A stretch of DNA of 64,000 nucleotides from Syntrophorhabdaceae bacterium (GCA_963665295.1 OY762209.1:5280001-5344000), one strand, 5' to 3'; positions 10,869 to 22,220 are shown, counted from the first letter of the stretch. The notes: a model not told the origin generated them from the sequence alone. Numbers and translations: made by a program.

Positions 10869-12482
10869 ATGTCTGCAACCCGGCTTTTGTTTATAGGCTT
10901 AGCCATGCTGCTTGGGACAGTAGGGCCGCTTGGGGCGTCGAACGAACTGTTCGACCCCTCCGTCGTGACCACTGATAAGGGGAAGGTACGCGGTGTTATC
11001 CGGGGTGGCGTCCGGGAGTTCAAGGGCATTCCCTACGCCGCGCCGCCCGTAGGCGATTTACGATGGAGTCTGCCTCGGGAAGCCCTTGCGTGGTCCGGCG
11101 TTCTGGATGCCACCAGATATAAGAGTGCCTGCCCTCAAGCCGACCGATACGGCATCCCGGAATCGAGTGACAACGAAGACTGCCTCCATATCAATGTGAC
11201 CGTACCGTACAAGGACAAATCGGACCTTGCGCGCACGCGCGCGGTGATCGTCTGGATTCACGGCGGCGCGTTCGTCGGCGGGTCGAGCGCCCTTTACCCC
11301 CTTGATTACATGGCACGGTCAGGCGATGTGGTTGTCGTGTCGATGAACTACAGGCTCGGCGTCTTCGGCTTCACCGCCCATCCGGCGTTCGCCGCCGATC
11401 ATAACGGTGGATACGGCCTTGAAGACCAGCGCGCGGCGTTAAGGTGGGTGAAGAGGAACATCACGGCCTTCGGAGGGGACCCCAACAACGTCACCATAGC
11501 CGGGGAGTCAGCCGGAGCAGCGGGTGTATGCATGCATATTCTGGCGCCGGACGAGACAACGGGGCTTTTCCACAAGGCGATCATCCAGAGCGCAGGTTGC
11601 GTGACGCCTCTTCCGAGTCTCAAGGAGGGCGAGAAGATCGGTGAGAAGGTGGCGTCCCTCGTCGGTTGTACGGATAGGGCCACTGCCCTGCCATGCCTCA
11701 AGAAGAAGCCGGTAAAAGAGCTACTCGATGGGGCGGCGAAAGCGGCAGGCTCGGCCATCCTCACCTACATGCCCGTCACGGGCACAAAGACCGTCCCCCT
11801 GCCGGGCGCCCGGGCTATCGCCGCAGGAAAGTTCGTCCGCGTGCCTGTGCTCGCCGGAGGAACGAAGGATGAGCTGAGGCTCTATGTCGCGTATGCGGTC
11901 CAGGCCGGCCAATCGGTGACCAGGGACAACTATCTGAGCCTCCTTAAGGAGGTCTATGGCAAGAATGGGGATGCCGTGCTTGGCCAATATCCCGTGGGCA
12001 ACTATTCCTCGGCGCCCACGGCCCTCGGGACCGTCTGGTCTGATTTCAGGCCCGATGTGGGGATCAACAATTGCATATATCTCCAGACGTCCAAACTGCT
12101 CCGGAAATCCGTTCCCGTCTATCAGTTCGTCTTTGCCGACAGCGAGGCGCCGCCGGTGACGAGCGATCCCGGATTCGAGATGGGAGCGGTGCATTCGTCC
12201 GAGTTGCCCTATCAGTTCCCGCACTTTGACAATACCACAAAAGTGGCGGGTCCCGATCTCAAACCGGCCTCGAAAAAACTGGCGGCACAAATGATGTCTT
12301 ATTGGACAAGTTTTGCGAAAACAGGGAAGCCGTACGCACCCGGCTCGCCGGAGTGGGGCACTTTCAATGACGATACTATGGTAATGAACCTCGAACCGGG
12401 CAAAGTGGGCTATTTCAATTCAAGTGCGGCGCACAAGTGCGCGTTCTGGAAAACACTTTATCCGGAGATTCTGAGCGAATGA
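10869..12482 (+). CDS. Type-B carboxylesterase/lipase, secreted
   Basis: Signal peptide; GIPYAAPP, EDCL, WIHGGAF, GESAG nucleophile, and HSSEL. Confidence 0.93.
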   Translation: MSATRLLFIGLAMLLGTVGPLGASNELFDPSVVTTDKGKVRGVIRGGVREFKGIPYAAPPVGDLRWSLPREALAWSGVLDATRYKSACPQADRYGIPESSDNEDCLHINVTVPYKDKSDLARTRAVIVWIHGGAFVGGSSALYPLDYMARSGDVVVVSMNYRLGVFGFTAHPAFAADHNGGYGLEDQRAALRWVKRNITAFGGDPNNVTIAGESAGAAGVCMHILAPDETTGLFHKAIIQSAGCVTPLPSLKEGEKIGEKVASLVGCTDRATALPCLKKKPVKELLDGAAKAAGSAILTYMPVTGTKTVPLPGARAIAAGKFVRVPVLAGGTKDELRLYVAYAVQAGQSVTRDNYLSLLKEVYGKNGDAVLGQYPVGNYSSAPTALGTVWSDFRPDVGINNCIYLQTSKLLRKSVPVYQFVFADSEAPPVTSDPGFEMGAVHSSELPYQFPHFDNTTKVAGPDLKPASKKLAAQMMSYWTSFAKTGKPYAPGSPEWGTFNDDTMVMNLEPGKVGYFNSSAAHKCAFWKTLYPEILSE

Positions 12483-12501
12483 TGAAGGGGGAAGCGGAGT
12501 A

Positions 12502-14739
12502 ATGCGAAAAAGCAAGGCACTGCTACTACTCGCCGCTCTGGCGGTTACAGCCTGTCTGCTCATGGCATCCGCGGCGGAAGCCGCAAAGCGGATATGGTAT
12601 GTAAATGCAGAAAACAAGAGGGGCGGAAACGGGTTTGCCTGGCAGACGGCCTTTGACACTATAGGGAGTGCGTTGGCCAAAAGCCGCCCGGGAGATGAAA
12701 TCTGGGTGGCGAAGGGAACATACTATCCCCACGCGAGCGATCGCAACGTATCCTTCGACCTCAAGAAGGATGTGGCCCTTTACGGCGGTTTTTCCGGCAG
12801 GGAGACAAAACTCGGTCAGCGCGACTACGGGAAGAACGTGACCACGCTGAGCGGAAACATAGGGAAAGGAGACAAAACCAGGAATACGGTTACTATTGTA
12901 AAAGGGGCCGACAATGCGGTGCTTGACGGCTTTACCGTCAGCGACGCCTATGCGACGGACGAGCCGCGAATGCATCTTCTCCCGTCCGATATAGAGAAGA
13001 ATGATATGTCTGTGGGCGGCGGCATGCGCAACTTCAAGACAAGCCCGATCGTCCGCAACTGCCTTTTCAAAGACAATCGCTCGCCCAAGGGTGGGGCCGT
13101 TTACAATATGCAGGATTCCCGGGCGGCGCAAGCCCTGTTCGTTAATGTGACTTTCAGCCACAACACCGCGGGGATGAGGGGAGGAGCGGTGAGCAATGAT
13201 CTGGGAGCCATGCCGACCTTCATAAATTGCAGGTTCATCAACAATGTCTGTGAGGATAAGGGCGGAGCGCTGTACAATGATTTTGCGGCCTCTCCCATTC
13301 TTCTCAACTGTCTTTTCCAGTCCAACCGCGCGATGAGTGCAGGCGCCATAGGCAATGACGGGGGTTCGGCCCCGCTTTTAGTGAACGTGACTATCGACGG
13401 CAATGAGGCAACGAGCGGCATGGGGGGAGGGCTTTACCAGGGTACAGGCATCCAGAATAATCCCGTTGTAATCAACTCTTCTGTCGACAACGTTTACAAC
13501 TGGCACGAGGATATAGTCGTAACCCTCAACTCCAGGGTCCCCGAGAATCAAATCATGCCCCTTGCGGATTTCATGCCTGTAAGCAACATGAAGGAGACCT
13601 TCGGGCCGGATGACCTGGCCCGGCTGCCGGGCACAAAGATCGGTTTCCAGACAAGCCTGGACGGCTCGTTGCTCCTTGAGAACACTCTCGTCAAGAAACT
13701 CATTCAGTTCTACAAGAAGAACGGCGGTGCAATACGCTACCAGGATGTGTATTCCAGGCCCGAGATCGGAGCGGGCCCCGCAACCGGGACTGTTGTTGTG
13801 TATGCGGCTCCCCGGTCTGAGGGTGGGACGCAGGACGGCAACTCCTGGGAGACGGCCTTTGCCGATTTACAGCAAGCTATCAATAAGGCTTCCCTGAACA
13901 AGGCATCGGTGTGGATTAAAGCCGGCACCTACGCTCCATCCCGCAAGGGCTCGCAAATAGCCGCCTTCATTATTTACGATTACGTGAAATTGTATGGAGG
14001 ATTCGCCGGAACGGAGAAGAGTACCGGCGAGCGCGATATCCATAAAAATCCTGTGATTTTGAGCGCAAAGACCGCGGATGGAACCTTTCAATATCCCCAT
14101 GTTTTGTACGGCGCCAACAACGCAGTGTTGGACGGGCTTACCATTCGCGACGGGAAGGCGGACGGCCTTACCTATAACGGCAAAGGCGGCGGACTGCTGG
14201 CCTACCACGCGGGCAAAACCTATAGCCCCTTTGACAAAGGTCCGGGTCCGGGTTTCGTGATGCAGCTCAGCAACTGCCGTTTCGTTGACAACCAGGCCAG
14301 AGAAGGTGGGGGAATTTACGCATTCGGCAAGGCCAATCTCTCGATCTCAAACACCACTTTTCAGGGCAATAAGGCGATGTACGGGGGGGCGGTAATGGAC
14401 CGGGAAGGCAACAAGATAACGTACGACAACTGCTCCTTCATCTCCAATGATGCATCGGTCGATGGCGGGGGAGCCTATGAAGACTACGGCTCCCATGCGA
14501 GCTTCAAAAACAGCGCTTTTGACGGGAACAGGGCGCAGCATGAGGGCGGGGCGCTCTACGTGATAAGCCGCGCGTCCCAACTGGAGGCAACCGAGGTTAC
14601 CGTTGAAAAGAGCAGTTTCGATAAGAACAGCGCCCCGAAAGGCCTCGCCATATTTAATGCCGATACCAGTAAGGTAACGATAAAGAATTGTGTCCTCGAC
14701 AAGGCCACGGTCTCGGGGGCTGCCTCCTTCGAGCACTGA
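12502..14739 (+). CDS. Secreted right-handed beta-helix protein (Pmp-like GGA repeats), internally duplicated
   Basis: Signal peptide; two modules starting ...G..W.TAF...IW.(K/A)GTY...LYGGF.G.E; repeated FxxN...GGA motifs. Confidence 0.8.
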   Translation: MRKSKALLLLAALAVTACLLMASAAEAAKRIWYVNAENKRGGNGFAWQTAFDTIGSALAKSRPGDEIWVAKGTYYPHASDRNVSFDLKKDVALYGGFSGRETKLGQRDYGKNVTTLSGNIGKGDKTRNTVTIVKGADNAVLDGFTVSDAYATDEPRMHLLPSDIEKNDMSVGGGMRNFKTSPIVRNCLFKDNRSPKGGAVYNMQDSRAAQALFVNVTFSHNTAGMRGGAVSNDLGAMPTFINCRFINNVCEDKGGALYNDFAASPILLNCLFQSNRAMSAGAIGNDGGSAPLLVNVTIDGNEATSGMGGGLYQGTGIQNNPVVINSSVDNVYNWHEDIVVTLNSRVPENQIMPLADFMPVSNMKETFGPDDLARLPGTKIGFQTSLDGSLLLENTLVKKLIQFYKKNGGAIRYQDVYSRPEIGAGPATGTVVVYAAPRSEGGTQDGNSWETAFADLQQAINKASLNKASVWIKAGTYAPSRKGSQIAAFIIYDYVKLYGGFAGTEKSTGERDIHKNPVILSAKTADGTFQYPHVLYGANNAVLDGLTIRDGKADGLTYNGKGGGLLAYHAGKTYSPFDKGPGPGFVMQLSNCRFVDNQAREGGGIYAFGKANLSISNTTFQGNKAMYGGAVMDREGNKITYDNCSFISNDASVDGGGAYEDYGSHASFKNSAFDGNRAQHEGGALYVISRASQLEATEVTVEKSSFDKNSAPKGLAIFNADTSKVTIKNCVLDKATVSGAASFEH

Positions 14740-15013
14740 CGCCGCCATGCCCCCGCGGAGCGCCCCGGGGCCGCAAGGCGGAACCTTGGGAACGCACTTC
14801 GCTTTTATGAGGTATAATCAAATTTTGGTGACAGGCAATAAAAAGGCGTATCCTATGTTATCAGACCTATCTACAGTGCCCGCTCATCGCCCGTCATTCT
14901 TCCCCATTGAAGTACTCTCTTCGAAGTGGTAATAGTAAGGTAGGCAAGGGGCTAGTCCGGGCTCTCCTGTTTTGGAAAAAATTATCGAATTCTGTGGCGA
15001 GGTGCTCCAAAGA

Positions 15014-15553
15014 ATGAAGAGACTGCCTTATATAGCTGTCCTGTTTTGGGGCATTCTCATGACGGCTTGCATGACCGTTCCGGCAACGACTGGGGGGAAA
15101 GAAAAAGGTTTTCTCTCTGTACCGCCGGAACTTGCCGGTGTTGACTGGAAAAGAACGCCGGAAGCAGTATTGAGTAACCCCGTCAAGGACGAACCGCTCA
15201 TCTGGCTAGGCATCGTAAGAAAGGTCGATGTCACTCAAAGAGACAAAAAGATCGAAATCGCCTGGTACTGCGAACACTTGTCTTTTGTCGAAGCCGGGCC
15301 TCCGGCCATAGGCAAACGCCCTATCAAGGCAAAAGAGGGAAAAGGTTTCTTTGCGTTGTCACTCATACTTGACGACATGAGTATTGAGCAGGCGTTGAAA
15401 TTCAAAAAAGAGCACACTGCCTCACCACATTATGCTCTGGTGGGGGGCAAATTTGATGCAGTAATTGAGAGAGAAGGAAGGCCAATTCCTTTTCTGTATA
15501 CCCTCCGTTTTGGCATGGGACCGAATTTGGCCGTGATAGAGGATACGAAATAG
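15014..15553 (+). CDS. Hypothetical lipoprotein
   Basis: MKR + hydrophobic stretch + MTAC lipobox. Confidence 0.65.
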   Translation: MKRLPYIAVLFWGILMTACMTVPATTGGKEKGFLSVPPELAGVDWKRTPEAVLSNPVKDEPLIWLGIVRKVDVTQRDKKIEIAWYCEHLSFVEAGPPAIGKRPIKAKEGKGFFALSLILDDMSIEQALKFKKEHTASPHYALVGGKFDAVIEREGRPIPFLYTLRFGMGPNLAVIEDTK

Positions 15554-15555
15554 AT

Positions 15556-15951
15556 ATGACGACAGAGCCGACTTCGGGCCGCTTGTATTCGCTGACGACC
15601 ATCCTTTTGCTTGTCCTGGCCATATCAGGTTGCGCATCGCGCGACGACACCATGCAAAAATGGACGCCTTCCGATTTGAATGGTCGACGGCTCAGCCTCG
15701 TTGACGAGCAGGAAGTGGAAAACCTTGCCTTCTTCCCGGGAGGATATGTCCAGATAACAATCGGTTCTAAAAGTGCAGTCGCCGGTCCTGAAGGTCGTTG
15801 GGAAATAGATTCTAAGGGCGTGCTGGTTATCAGAGATATGGACGGAAGCGTCGAAGCAAGATTCAAGAAGCTTCATGAAACGAATGGCAAGATAATGGTC
15901 GAGCGCTGTGGATATGTGTTTTGCAGCAAGCGTGAATATCGAGTCAAGTAA
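15556..15951 (+). CDS. Hypothetical lipoprotein
   Basis: Hydrophobic stretch + ISGC lipobox; 2 nt after the upstream stop. Confidence 0.65.
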   Translation: MTTEPTSGRLYSLTTILLLVLAISGCASRDDTMQKWTPSDLNGRRLSLVDEQEVENLAFFPGGYVQITIGSKSAVAGPEGRWEIDSKGVLVIRDMDGSVEARFKKLHETNGKIMVERCGYVFCSKREYRVK

Positions 15952-16266
15952 CCAATTACAACCCGCCCGACCTTCATAATATCTTTGTAATCCCAAGAAT
16001 ATAATGATGCAGCATGATTCGCACATCCGATGCGAATCTCTTCCGCCTCCTGATATGTGGCGGGTCTATTTGCGGCCCGCCGGCAATGAATCAGGAATTT
16101 TCTAAACCTCGTAGGGGTATTATGCGATAATAATAATGGAGACCACGTCCCTATGCCGAATCCGTCTCTTATTTGCGGAATCATGCATATGCCTCCACGG
16201 TTGCCGATTCAGCGTCGGGGCGGGTTCGCGTATCATTCTTGAGATCTATCATCCTGGGGGGGCCCG

Positions 16267-19200
16267 ATGAACAAGTTATCGAAGAGAGAAACGGAGTTAA
16301 TGGAGGAGAATGCTTTCCTGAAAGAGAGAATCAGGGAGCTGGAACGATCGGAAACGGAGCGCAGGCGGATGGAGGAGGAGCTGGTGGTCAGCAAAAACCG
16401 CCTGTCCAGGGCTGAGATCATCTCCCGTTGCGGTAACTGGGAGTTCGACCTTAAGTCGGATAGGGTATTTGCGTCGGAAGGGGCTCGAAGCATATATGGG
16501 CTTCTCGACCGGGAGTGGACGATTCCCGAGGTACAAAAAATACCTCTTCCCGAGTACAGGGGCATGCTCGACGAGGCCCTCTCGCGACTTGTCAACGAGG
16601 ACCGCCCCTATAATATGGAGTTCAAGATAAGGCGGCCCGATACGGGGGAAATCAAGGATATGTATGCCGCCGCAGAGTATGATCGCCAAAAAAACGTGGT
16701 CTTCGGCGTCATCCAGGATGTCACCGCCCGCACCCGGGCGGAGGAGGCGCTCCACGAAAGCGAGCAACGATACAGGGCGGTGTTCGAGAATACCGGGGCA
16801 GCCTCCCTTATCATGGATGATGATACCACAATCAATCTTTGCAACGCCGAGTTTGAACGCGTTTCCGGCTATACCAGAGATGAAATCGAGGGCAAGAAGA
16901 GATGGACGGAGTTTGTGGTCCCGGAAGACCTGGATCGCATGGTTGCCCAGCACCGGTTGCGAAGGGAGACTTCCGGCCAGGCCTCGCAGAGGTATGAATT
17001 CCGGTTTGTCTCACGGACCGGAGAGATACGTAACATGTATATTGTTATCGACATTATTCATGGTACGGAGAAGAGCGTGGGCTCCTTCATAGACATTACA
17101 GAGCGCAAGCAGGCCGAAGAGGCGTTGAGGGAGTCGGAACGGCAATTCAAGGACCTTTCCGAGAAATCGGTTGTCGGTATCTACCTTGTGCAGGACGGCG
17201 TCCTCAGATACGTCAATTCAAAGTTTGCCCAACTGCTGGGATATGCCATTGATGAAATGATCGATAAGACGCCGGTGGAACAGATCATCTTTCCGGAAGA
17301 CTGGCCTACAGTGGAAGGGAATCTGCGCAAGAGACTCTCCGGCGAACTGGAATCCCTCCATTACGAATTCAGGGTAGTCCGAAAAAACGGTCAAGTAAGG
17401 AACGCCGAGATATATAGTTCCATAACCACATACCGGGGAAGACCTGCAGTAATAGGCACCCTCCTGGATGTCACCGAGCGCAAGGAGGCGGAGCAAAAGA
17501 TAATCGAATCGGAACAGTTGCTGTCCGGCATTCTTGCCGCCTCTCCTATAGGCATCGGCAAGGTGCAGGATCGAAACGTGGTGTGGGTAAATGAAACGTT
17601 GTGTCGCTTCTCAGGATACACGCAGGAAGAATTACAGGGGAGGCACACCTCACGTTTCTACGAAAGCCGCGAGGAATCCGAAAGAGTCGGAGGACTCCTC
17701 TACAAGGAAGGTGTGGCAGAAGGAAGGGTGGTGAGAAAGGATGGTGAAGTCCGGAACGCGTCGATCTGGATATCTCCCACCGACAGTCACTCATATATCT
17801 TTACCATTAACGATATAACAAGGGAGAAGGAAGCGGAAGATGCGCTGCGGAAGAGCGAAGAGAGGTATCGCAACCTCTTCGAAACGGTGATCGACGGTGT
17901 GTTCATCGTTAACGGGCGCGGCCGTTTCCTCGAGGTCAACAAATCCGCATGCCTGCAGCTGGGATACAGCCGTGAGGAACTGCTTCAACTCTCCCTGTCC
18001 GACACTTCCACCATCACGAAGTCGGCTCTTCTCAAATTCAGGAAGGAGATCAAAGCTGAACGGCCTCTGAGCTTTGAGACGTCCCACCGCCGGAAAGATG
18101 GGACGATACTGCCTGTCGAGTTGGTCGTGACGCGTGTTCAGCACGAAGGGCAACGGGCCTTCCTCGGGGTTGCCCGGGATATCACCGAGCGCGAGCGGGG
18201 GGAGCGGGAAAGAAATAAACTTCAGGAACAGTTGCGCCAGGCACAGAAGATGGAAGCCATCGGCACCCTGGCAGGAGGCGTTGCCCACGACTTTAACAAT
18301 ATCCTCACCGTCATCACCGGATATGGCTCGCTGCTCAAGATGGCAATAGACGGAGCGGAACCACTCAAGGCTTACGTTGACCAAATACTATCCTCTTCTC
18401 AAAAGGCGGTGAATCTTACCCGAAGCCTTCTGGCCTTCAGCAGAAAACAGCCGATCACCCTTGTTCCCACAAGCATCAATGGATGCATCAGAGGGACGGA
18501 GAAGCTCCTGAAACGTCTCCTCACTGAAGATATCGATTTCTCAATTTCCCTTTCTCCCGTGGATATCATCATCATGGCGGACGCAACGCAGATTGATCAG
18601 ATACTGATCAATCTCGCCACGAACGCCAGGGACGCCATGAAGAAAGGGGGCAAGCTCACCATAGAAACGAAGGCTTTCGAAATCGACTACGGGTTTAGCG
18701 TCTTCCATGACCTCGGTGAACCGGGAAGATACGCCCTTCTGTCTATTTCCGATACGGGCCACGGCATGGATGGCCCAACAAGAGAAAAGGTGTTCGATCC
18801 CTTCTTCACCACAAAAGAACCGGGCAAAGGGACGGGACTCGGTCTTGCCACGGCCTACGGTATCGTGAAGCAGCACAACGGGTATATAGACGTAATCAGC
18901 GACCCGGGCCGGGGAACCACGTTCTCCGTCTACCTCCCCGCGGTAGAGGCAGCGGGAGAAGACCGGAGTGTCCTCTCCGACGCAATCAAGGGAGGAAATG
19001 AGACCGTCCTCGTTGCCGAAGACGATGCAAGCGTAAGGCGCCTTTTGAAAAAGATCCTTGCCGGCCATGGGTATACCGTTCTTGATGCGGTAGATGGTCA
19101 GGACGCCATAGACACCTTCCAAAAGCACAAGGGCATCGACCTCATAATCCTCGATTCCGTCATGCCGAGGAAGAACGGGAGAGAGACTTACGATGCCATA

Positions 19201-19371
19201 AGAAGCATGAAACCCGACGTGAAAGCCCTCTTCATGAGCGGCTATACGAAAGATATCGTCCTCGACAAGGGCGTAGAAGAGGGAAAGGTCGACTTCATCG
19301 CAAAGCCCGTTTCACCCGATGAACTATTGGCAAAGGTGAGAGAGGTAATGGATAGACAGGGTTTGCGGTAA
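16267..19371 (+). CDS. Multi-PAS hybrid sensor histidine kinase with receiver domain
   Basis: About five PAS/PAC units ending in D(I/V)T; AHDFNN H-box, NARDA, DTGHG, FFTTK, GTGLGL; C-terminal REC domain. Confidence 0.95.
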   Translation: MNKLSKRETELMEENAFLKERIRELERSETERRRMEEELVVSKNRLSRAEIISRCGNWEFDLKSDRVFASEGARSIYGLLDREWTIPEVQKIPLPEYRGMLDEALSRLVNEDRPYNMEFKIRRPDTGEIKDMYAAAEYDRQKNVVFGVIQDVTARTRAEEALHESEQRYRAVFENTGAASLIMDDDTTINLCNAEFERVSGYTRDEIEGKKRWTEFVVPEDLDRMVAQHRLRRETSGQASQRYEFRFVSRTGEIRNMYIVIDIIHGTEKSVGSFIDITERKQAEEALRESERQFKDLSEKSVVGIYLVQDGVLRYVNSKFAQLLGYAIDEMIDKTPVEQIIFPEDWPTVEGNLRKRLSGELESLHYEFRVVRKNGQVRNAEIYSSITTYRGRPAVIGTLLDVTERKEAEQKIIESEQLLSGILAASPIGIGKVQDRNVVWVNETLCRFSGYTQEELQGRHTSRFYESREESERVGGLLYKEGVAEGRVVRKDGEVRNASIWISPTDSHSYIFTINDITREKEAEDALRKSEERYRNLFETVIDGVFIVNGRGRFLEVNKSACLQLGYSREELLQLSLSDTSTITKSALLKFRKEIKAERPLSFETSHRRKDGTILPVELVVTRVQHEGQRAFLGVARDITERERGERERNKLQEQLRQAQKMEAIGTLAGGVAHDFNNILTVITGYGSLLKMAIDGAEPLKAYVDQILSSSQKAVNLTRSLLAFSRKQPITLVPTSINGCIRGTEKLLKRLLTEDIDFSISLSPVDIIIMADATQIDQILINLATNARDAMKKGGKLTIETKAFEIDYGFSVFHDLGEPGRYALLSISDTGHGMDGPTREKVFDPFFTTKEPGKGTGLGLATAYGIVKQHNGYIDVISDPGRGTTFSVYLPAVEAAGEDRSVLSDAIKGGNETVLVAEDDASVRRLLKKILAGHGYTVLDAVDGQDAIDTFQKHKGIDLIILDSVMPRKNGRETYDAIRSMKPDVKALFMSGYTKDIVLDKGVEEGKVDFIAKPVSPDELLAKVREVMDRQGLR

Positions 19372-19458
19372 TACGGGATTGACATTTCTGTATACGAGAG
19401 ATAGTCTTTTCCGGACTCTAATCCATCCCAACGCTGCGTATGATTACGGGGAAGCCTG

Positions 19459-21978
19459 ATGAACGACATGAGAACGAAGTCGGTTCTGATCGAAGAGATA
19501 TCCACCTTAAGAAAGAGAAATCAGGAATTGGAGCGATCGGAAACCGCTCGCAAACAGGCGGAGGAGGAACTTGTCGCCATCAGAGACCGCCTGTCAAGGG
19601 CTGAGATCATCTGCCGCTCCGGCAATTGGGAGCTCGACCTTGCGTCGAAGAGGGTCTTTGTGTCGGAAGGGTCCCGAAACCTGTTGGGACTCCTCCATGG
19701 AGAGTGGACGATTGAGGAGGCACAAAAACTTCCTCTTCCCGAGTACAGGGATATGCTCTACGGGGCCTTTCGGGGACTGATCAACGGGAATCAGCCTTGC
19801 AAGGTGGAGTTTAAAATAAAACGCCCCGATACCGGGGAGATCATCGATATCTACTCCGTCGCGAAGCATGACAGCGGAAGGAACGTGGTTTTCGGGGTGA
19901 TGCAGGACATCACCGAGCGCAAGCGTTACGAGGATGCCCTTCGGGAAAGCGAAGACCGGTTCCGCTCAATAGCCAGTTACACCTACGACTGCGAAAGCTG
20001 GATAGACGAGAACGGCAAGCCTGTCTGGATCAATCAGGCAATATTCAGGCTCAGCGGATACACGGTCGACGAGTGCATGGCCATGCATGACTTCCCCCTG
20101 TCCCTCATTGACGATAATGACAGGAATAGATTGGCCCGGCTTATCACAAGCGCGACACGGGGTTCGAGCGGTAACGACGTGGAGTTTCGTGTTCGGCGCA
20201 AAGATGGCAGCCTGAGATGGGCCGCTATTTCCTGGCAGCCCATCTATGACGGCAATGGGTCCAACCGGGGACACAGGTCCACTGTCCGCGATATCACCCG
20301 ACGGAAGCAGATGGAAGACGAGCTTCGTCGCAGTCATGAAAAACTGGAACTCCGGGTCCGGGAGAGAACCGCCGAACTGCAGAATGCATACAACACCGTC
20401 GAAAAAAACGAGAGGTTATACAGAAATCTCTTTGAGAACGCTTCTATCGGCATGTTCCAATCGCGCCTCGACGGCAGCGGGTTCCTGCGCATCAATAAAT
20501 CATATGCAACCATGCTTGGGTATGAATCACCTGAAGAGGTGATGTCGGCCATCACCGACACGGAAACACAGATCCATACCGATCCGCAAAACCGTCATGA
20601 CGCCATTGCCGCCCTGGAGCGAGGTGACTGGTACTATGCCGAACAGCCCTATTTCCGCAAAGACGGTTCCATCATGATAGGGAAACTGGCAGTCCGTAAC
20701 GTCCTGAACCCGGATGGCACACCCGCGTATCGTGAAGGAATTGTAGAGGATATTACTGAAAGTAAGGAAGCTGAGAGGGTGCTGCGGGAAAGGGAGAAGC
20801 AGTACCGCGACCTCATTGAAAATGCCCCCTTTCCCATAGTAATCAGCGACCCCGAGGATAGCAGTATTGAATATATCAACCAGAGGGCGTCTGAATTATT
20901 CAGAATATCGTCACAGGACGCAGTCGGCAGACCGGTTGCCTATTATTACGACAACCCCTTGGGAAGGGAACTGCTGGTACAACAACTTCAGAAAACCGAC
21001 TCCGTGAAGGACTACCAGGTAGGCCTCAAGAACGAAAAGGGAGAACGGATATGGGTGCTGATCTCGGCCAACAGGGCCCGTTACAATAATAAGAACGCGA
21101 TTTTTGTATCCCTGAACGACATCACAAAGCGCAAACTTGCCCTTGACAGCCTTCATGAGAGTGAAATCAAATACCGGACGCTCTTCGACCATGCAAATTT
21201 TGCAATACTCATCGTAAAAGACAAAGTGTGCGTGGATTGCAACAAGGCGGCGTCCGCCGTATTCGGCTGCTCAAGGGAAGAAATCATCGGACAGGCCCTT
21301 TCCAGGTTCTATCCGTCCCCTCAGCCGGATGGACGGGGTTCAGCCGGCTGGGAACAAGAGGGAGTCGATCCGGCGCTCACGGGGGAGCCGCAGTTTTATG
21401 AGGCAAAGCTATGCAGGTATGACGGGACTTTGTTCGATGCCGAGATAGGCCGGAAAGGGATTGAACTGGACAGAGAACATCTGGTGCAGGTCATCGTCCA
21501 GGACATTACCCATCGGAAGGAAACGGAGAGGGAGCTCGAAAGAAAGTCCCTCAGCCTTGAAGAAATGAATATTGCCCTGAAGGTATTATTGGAGCAGAGA
21601 GGAAGGGACCGGGATGAACTGGAAGGGAGAATACTGCACAACGTGAGCCAGTTGGTCCTGCCCTACATAGACATACTGAAACAGAGGCGTCTGGGCGAAG
21701 AACACGCAGTCTATCTGGACGTCCTTGAGGCAAATTTGAAAAATATCGTGTCCCCTTTCATCCAGAAGATGACCTCCGTCTATGAAAACTTCACCTACAC
21801 GGAGATCAAGGTGGCAAATCTCATAAAAGACGGAAAAACAATTAAGGAGATTGCGAAAATATTCGGCGTGTCAGAGGCTGCCGTCCATTCACACAGGCAA
21901 CACATAAGAAACAAGCTCGGGATAGCCAATCAGAAAACCAACCTGAAGACGCACCTCATATCTCTTGCGACGCGATGA
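19459..21978 (+). CDS. Multi-PAS one-component regulator with C-terminal LuxR/NarL-type HTH
   Basis: Five PAS units; FTYTEIKVANLIKDGKTIKEIAKIFGVSEAAVHSHRQHIRNKLGI. Confidence 0.9.
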   Translation: MNDMRTKSVLIEEISTLRKRNQELERSETARKQAEEELVAIRDRLSRAEIICRSGNWELDLASKRVFVSEGSRNLLGLLHGEWTIEEAQKLPLPEYRDMLYGAFRGLINGNQPCKVEFKIKRPDTGEIIDIYSVAKHDSGRNVVFGVMQDITERKRYEDALRESEDRFRSIASYTYDCESWIDENGKPVWINQAIFRLSGYTVDECMAMHDFPLSLIDDNDRNRLARLITSATRGSSGNDVEFRVRRKDGSLRWAAISWQPIYDGNGSNRGHRSTVRDITRRKQMEDELRRSHEKLELRVRERTAELQNAYNTVEKNERLYRNLFENASIGMFQSRLDGSGFLRINKSYATMLGYESPEEVMSAITDTETQIHTDPQNRHDAIAALERGDWYYAEQPYFRKDGSIMIGKLAVRNVLNPDGTPAYREGIVEDITESKEAERVLREREKQYRDLIENAPFPIVISDPEDSSIEYINQRASELFRISSQDAVGRPVAYYYDNPLGRELLVQQLQKTDSVKDYQVGLKNEKGERIWVLISANRARYNNKNAIFVSLNDITKRKLALDSLHESEIKYRTLFDHANFAILIVKDKVCVDCNKAASAVFGCSREEIIGQALSRFYPSPQPDGRGSAGWEQEGVDPALTGEPQFYEAKLCRYDGTLFDAEIGRKGIELDREHLVQVIVQDITHRKETERELERKSLSLEEMNIALKVLLEQRGRDRDELEGRILHNVSQLVLPYIDILKQRRLGEEHAVYLDVLEANLKNIVSPFIQKMTSVYENFTYTEIKVANLIKDGKTIKEIAKIFGVSEAAVHSHRQHIRNKLGIANQKTNLKTHLISLATR

Positions 21979-22201
21979 CGGCAGCGATTCATCATGGCCC
22001 CGTCGCCTGTCCCCGGAACATAGACCCGTATGTTGGGTTCCGCCCTTCACCGTAAAAGGCATTGCGAGGCAGGAAATATAAAAGAAGGGACTCGGCGCGC
22101 ATCGCCCCGGTTTCCCGCCTTCCGGAATCAAGGTTATCTTCGTGATGTGGGCTCCGAGGGGGTCTTAAAAGCACCTTAGCCCTATCCTGTCCATACTGTT
22201 A

Positions 22202-22220
22202 TGATGGTAATCTACCATCA
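22202..22220. promoter_or_regulatory. Palindromic operator candidate upstream of the OYE gene
   Basis: Perfect TGATGGTA-atc-TACCATCA. Confidence 0.45.

Noticed and set aside
15955..16200. Possible RAYT/REP remnant (CGTAGGGG motif)
   Set aside because: Similarity is too weak; no clean palindrome or transposase motif.
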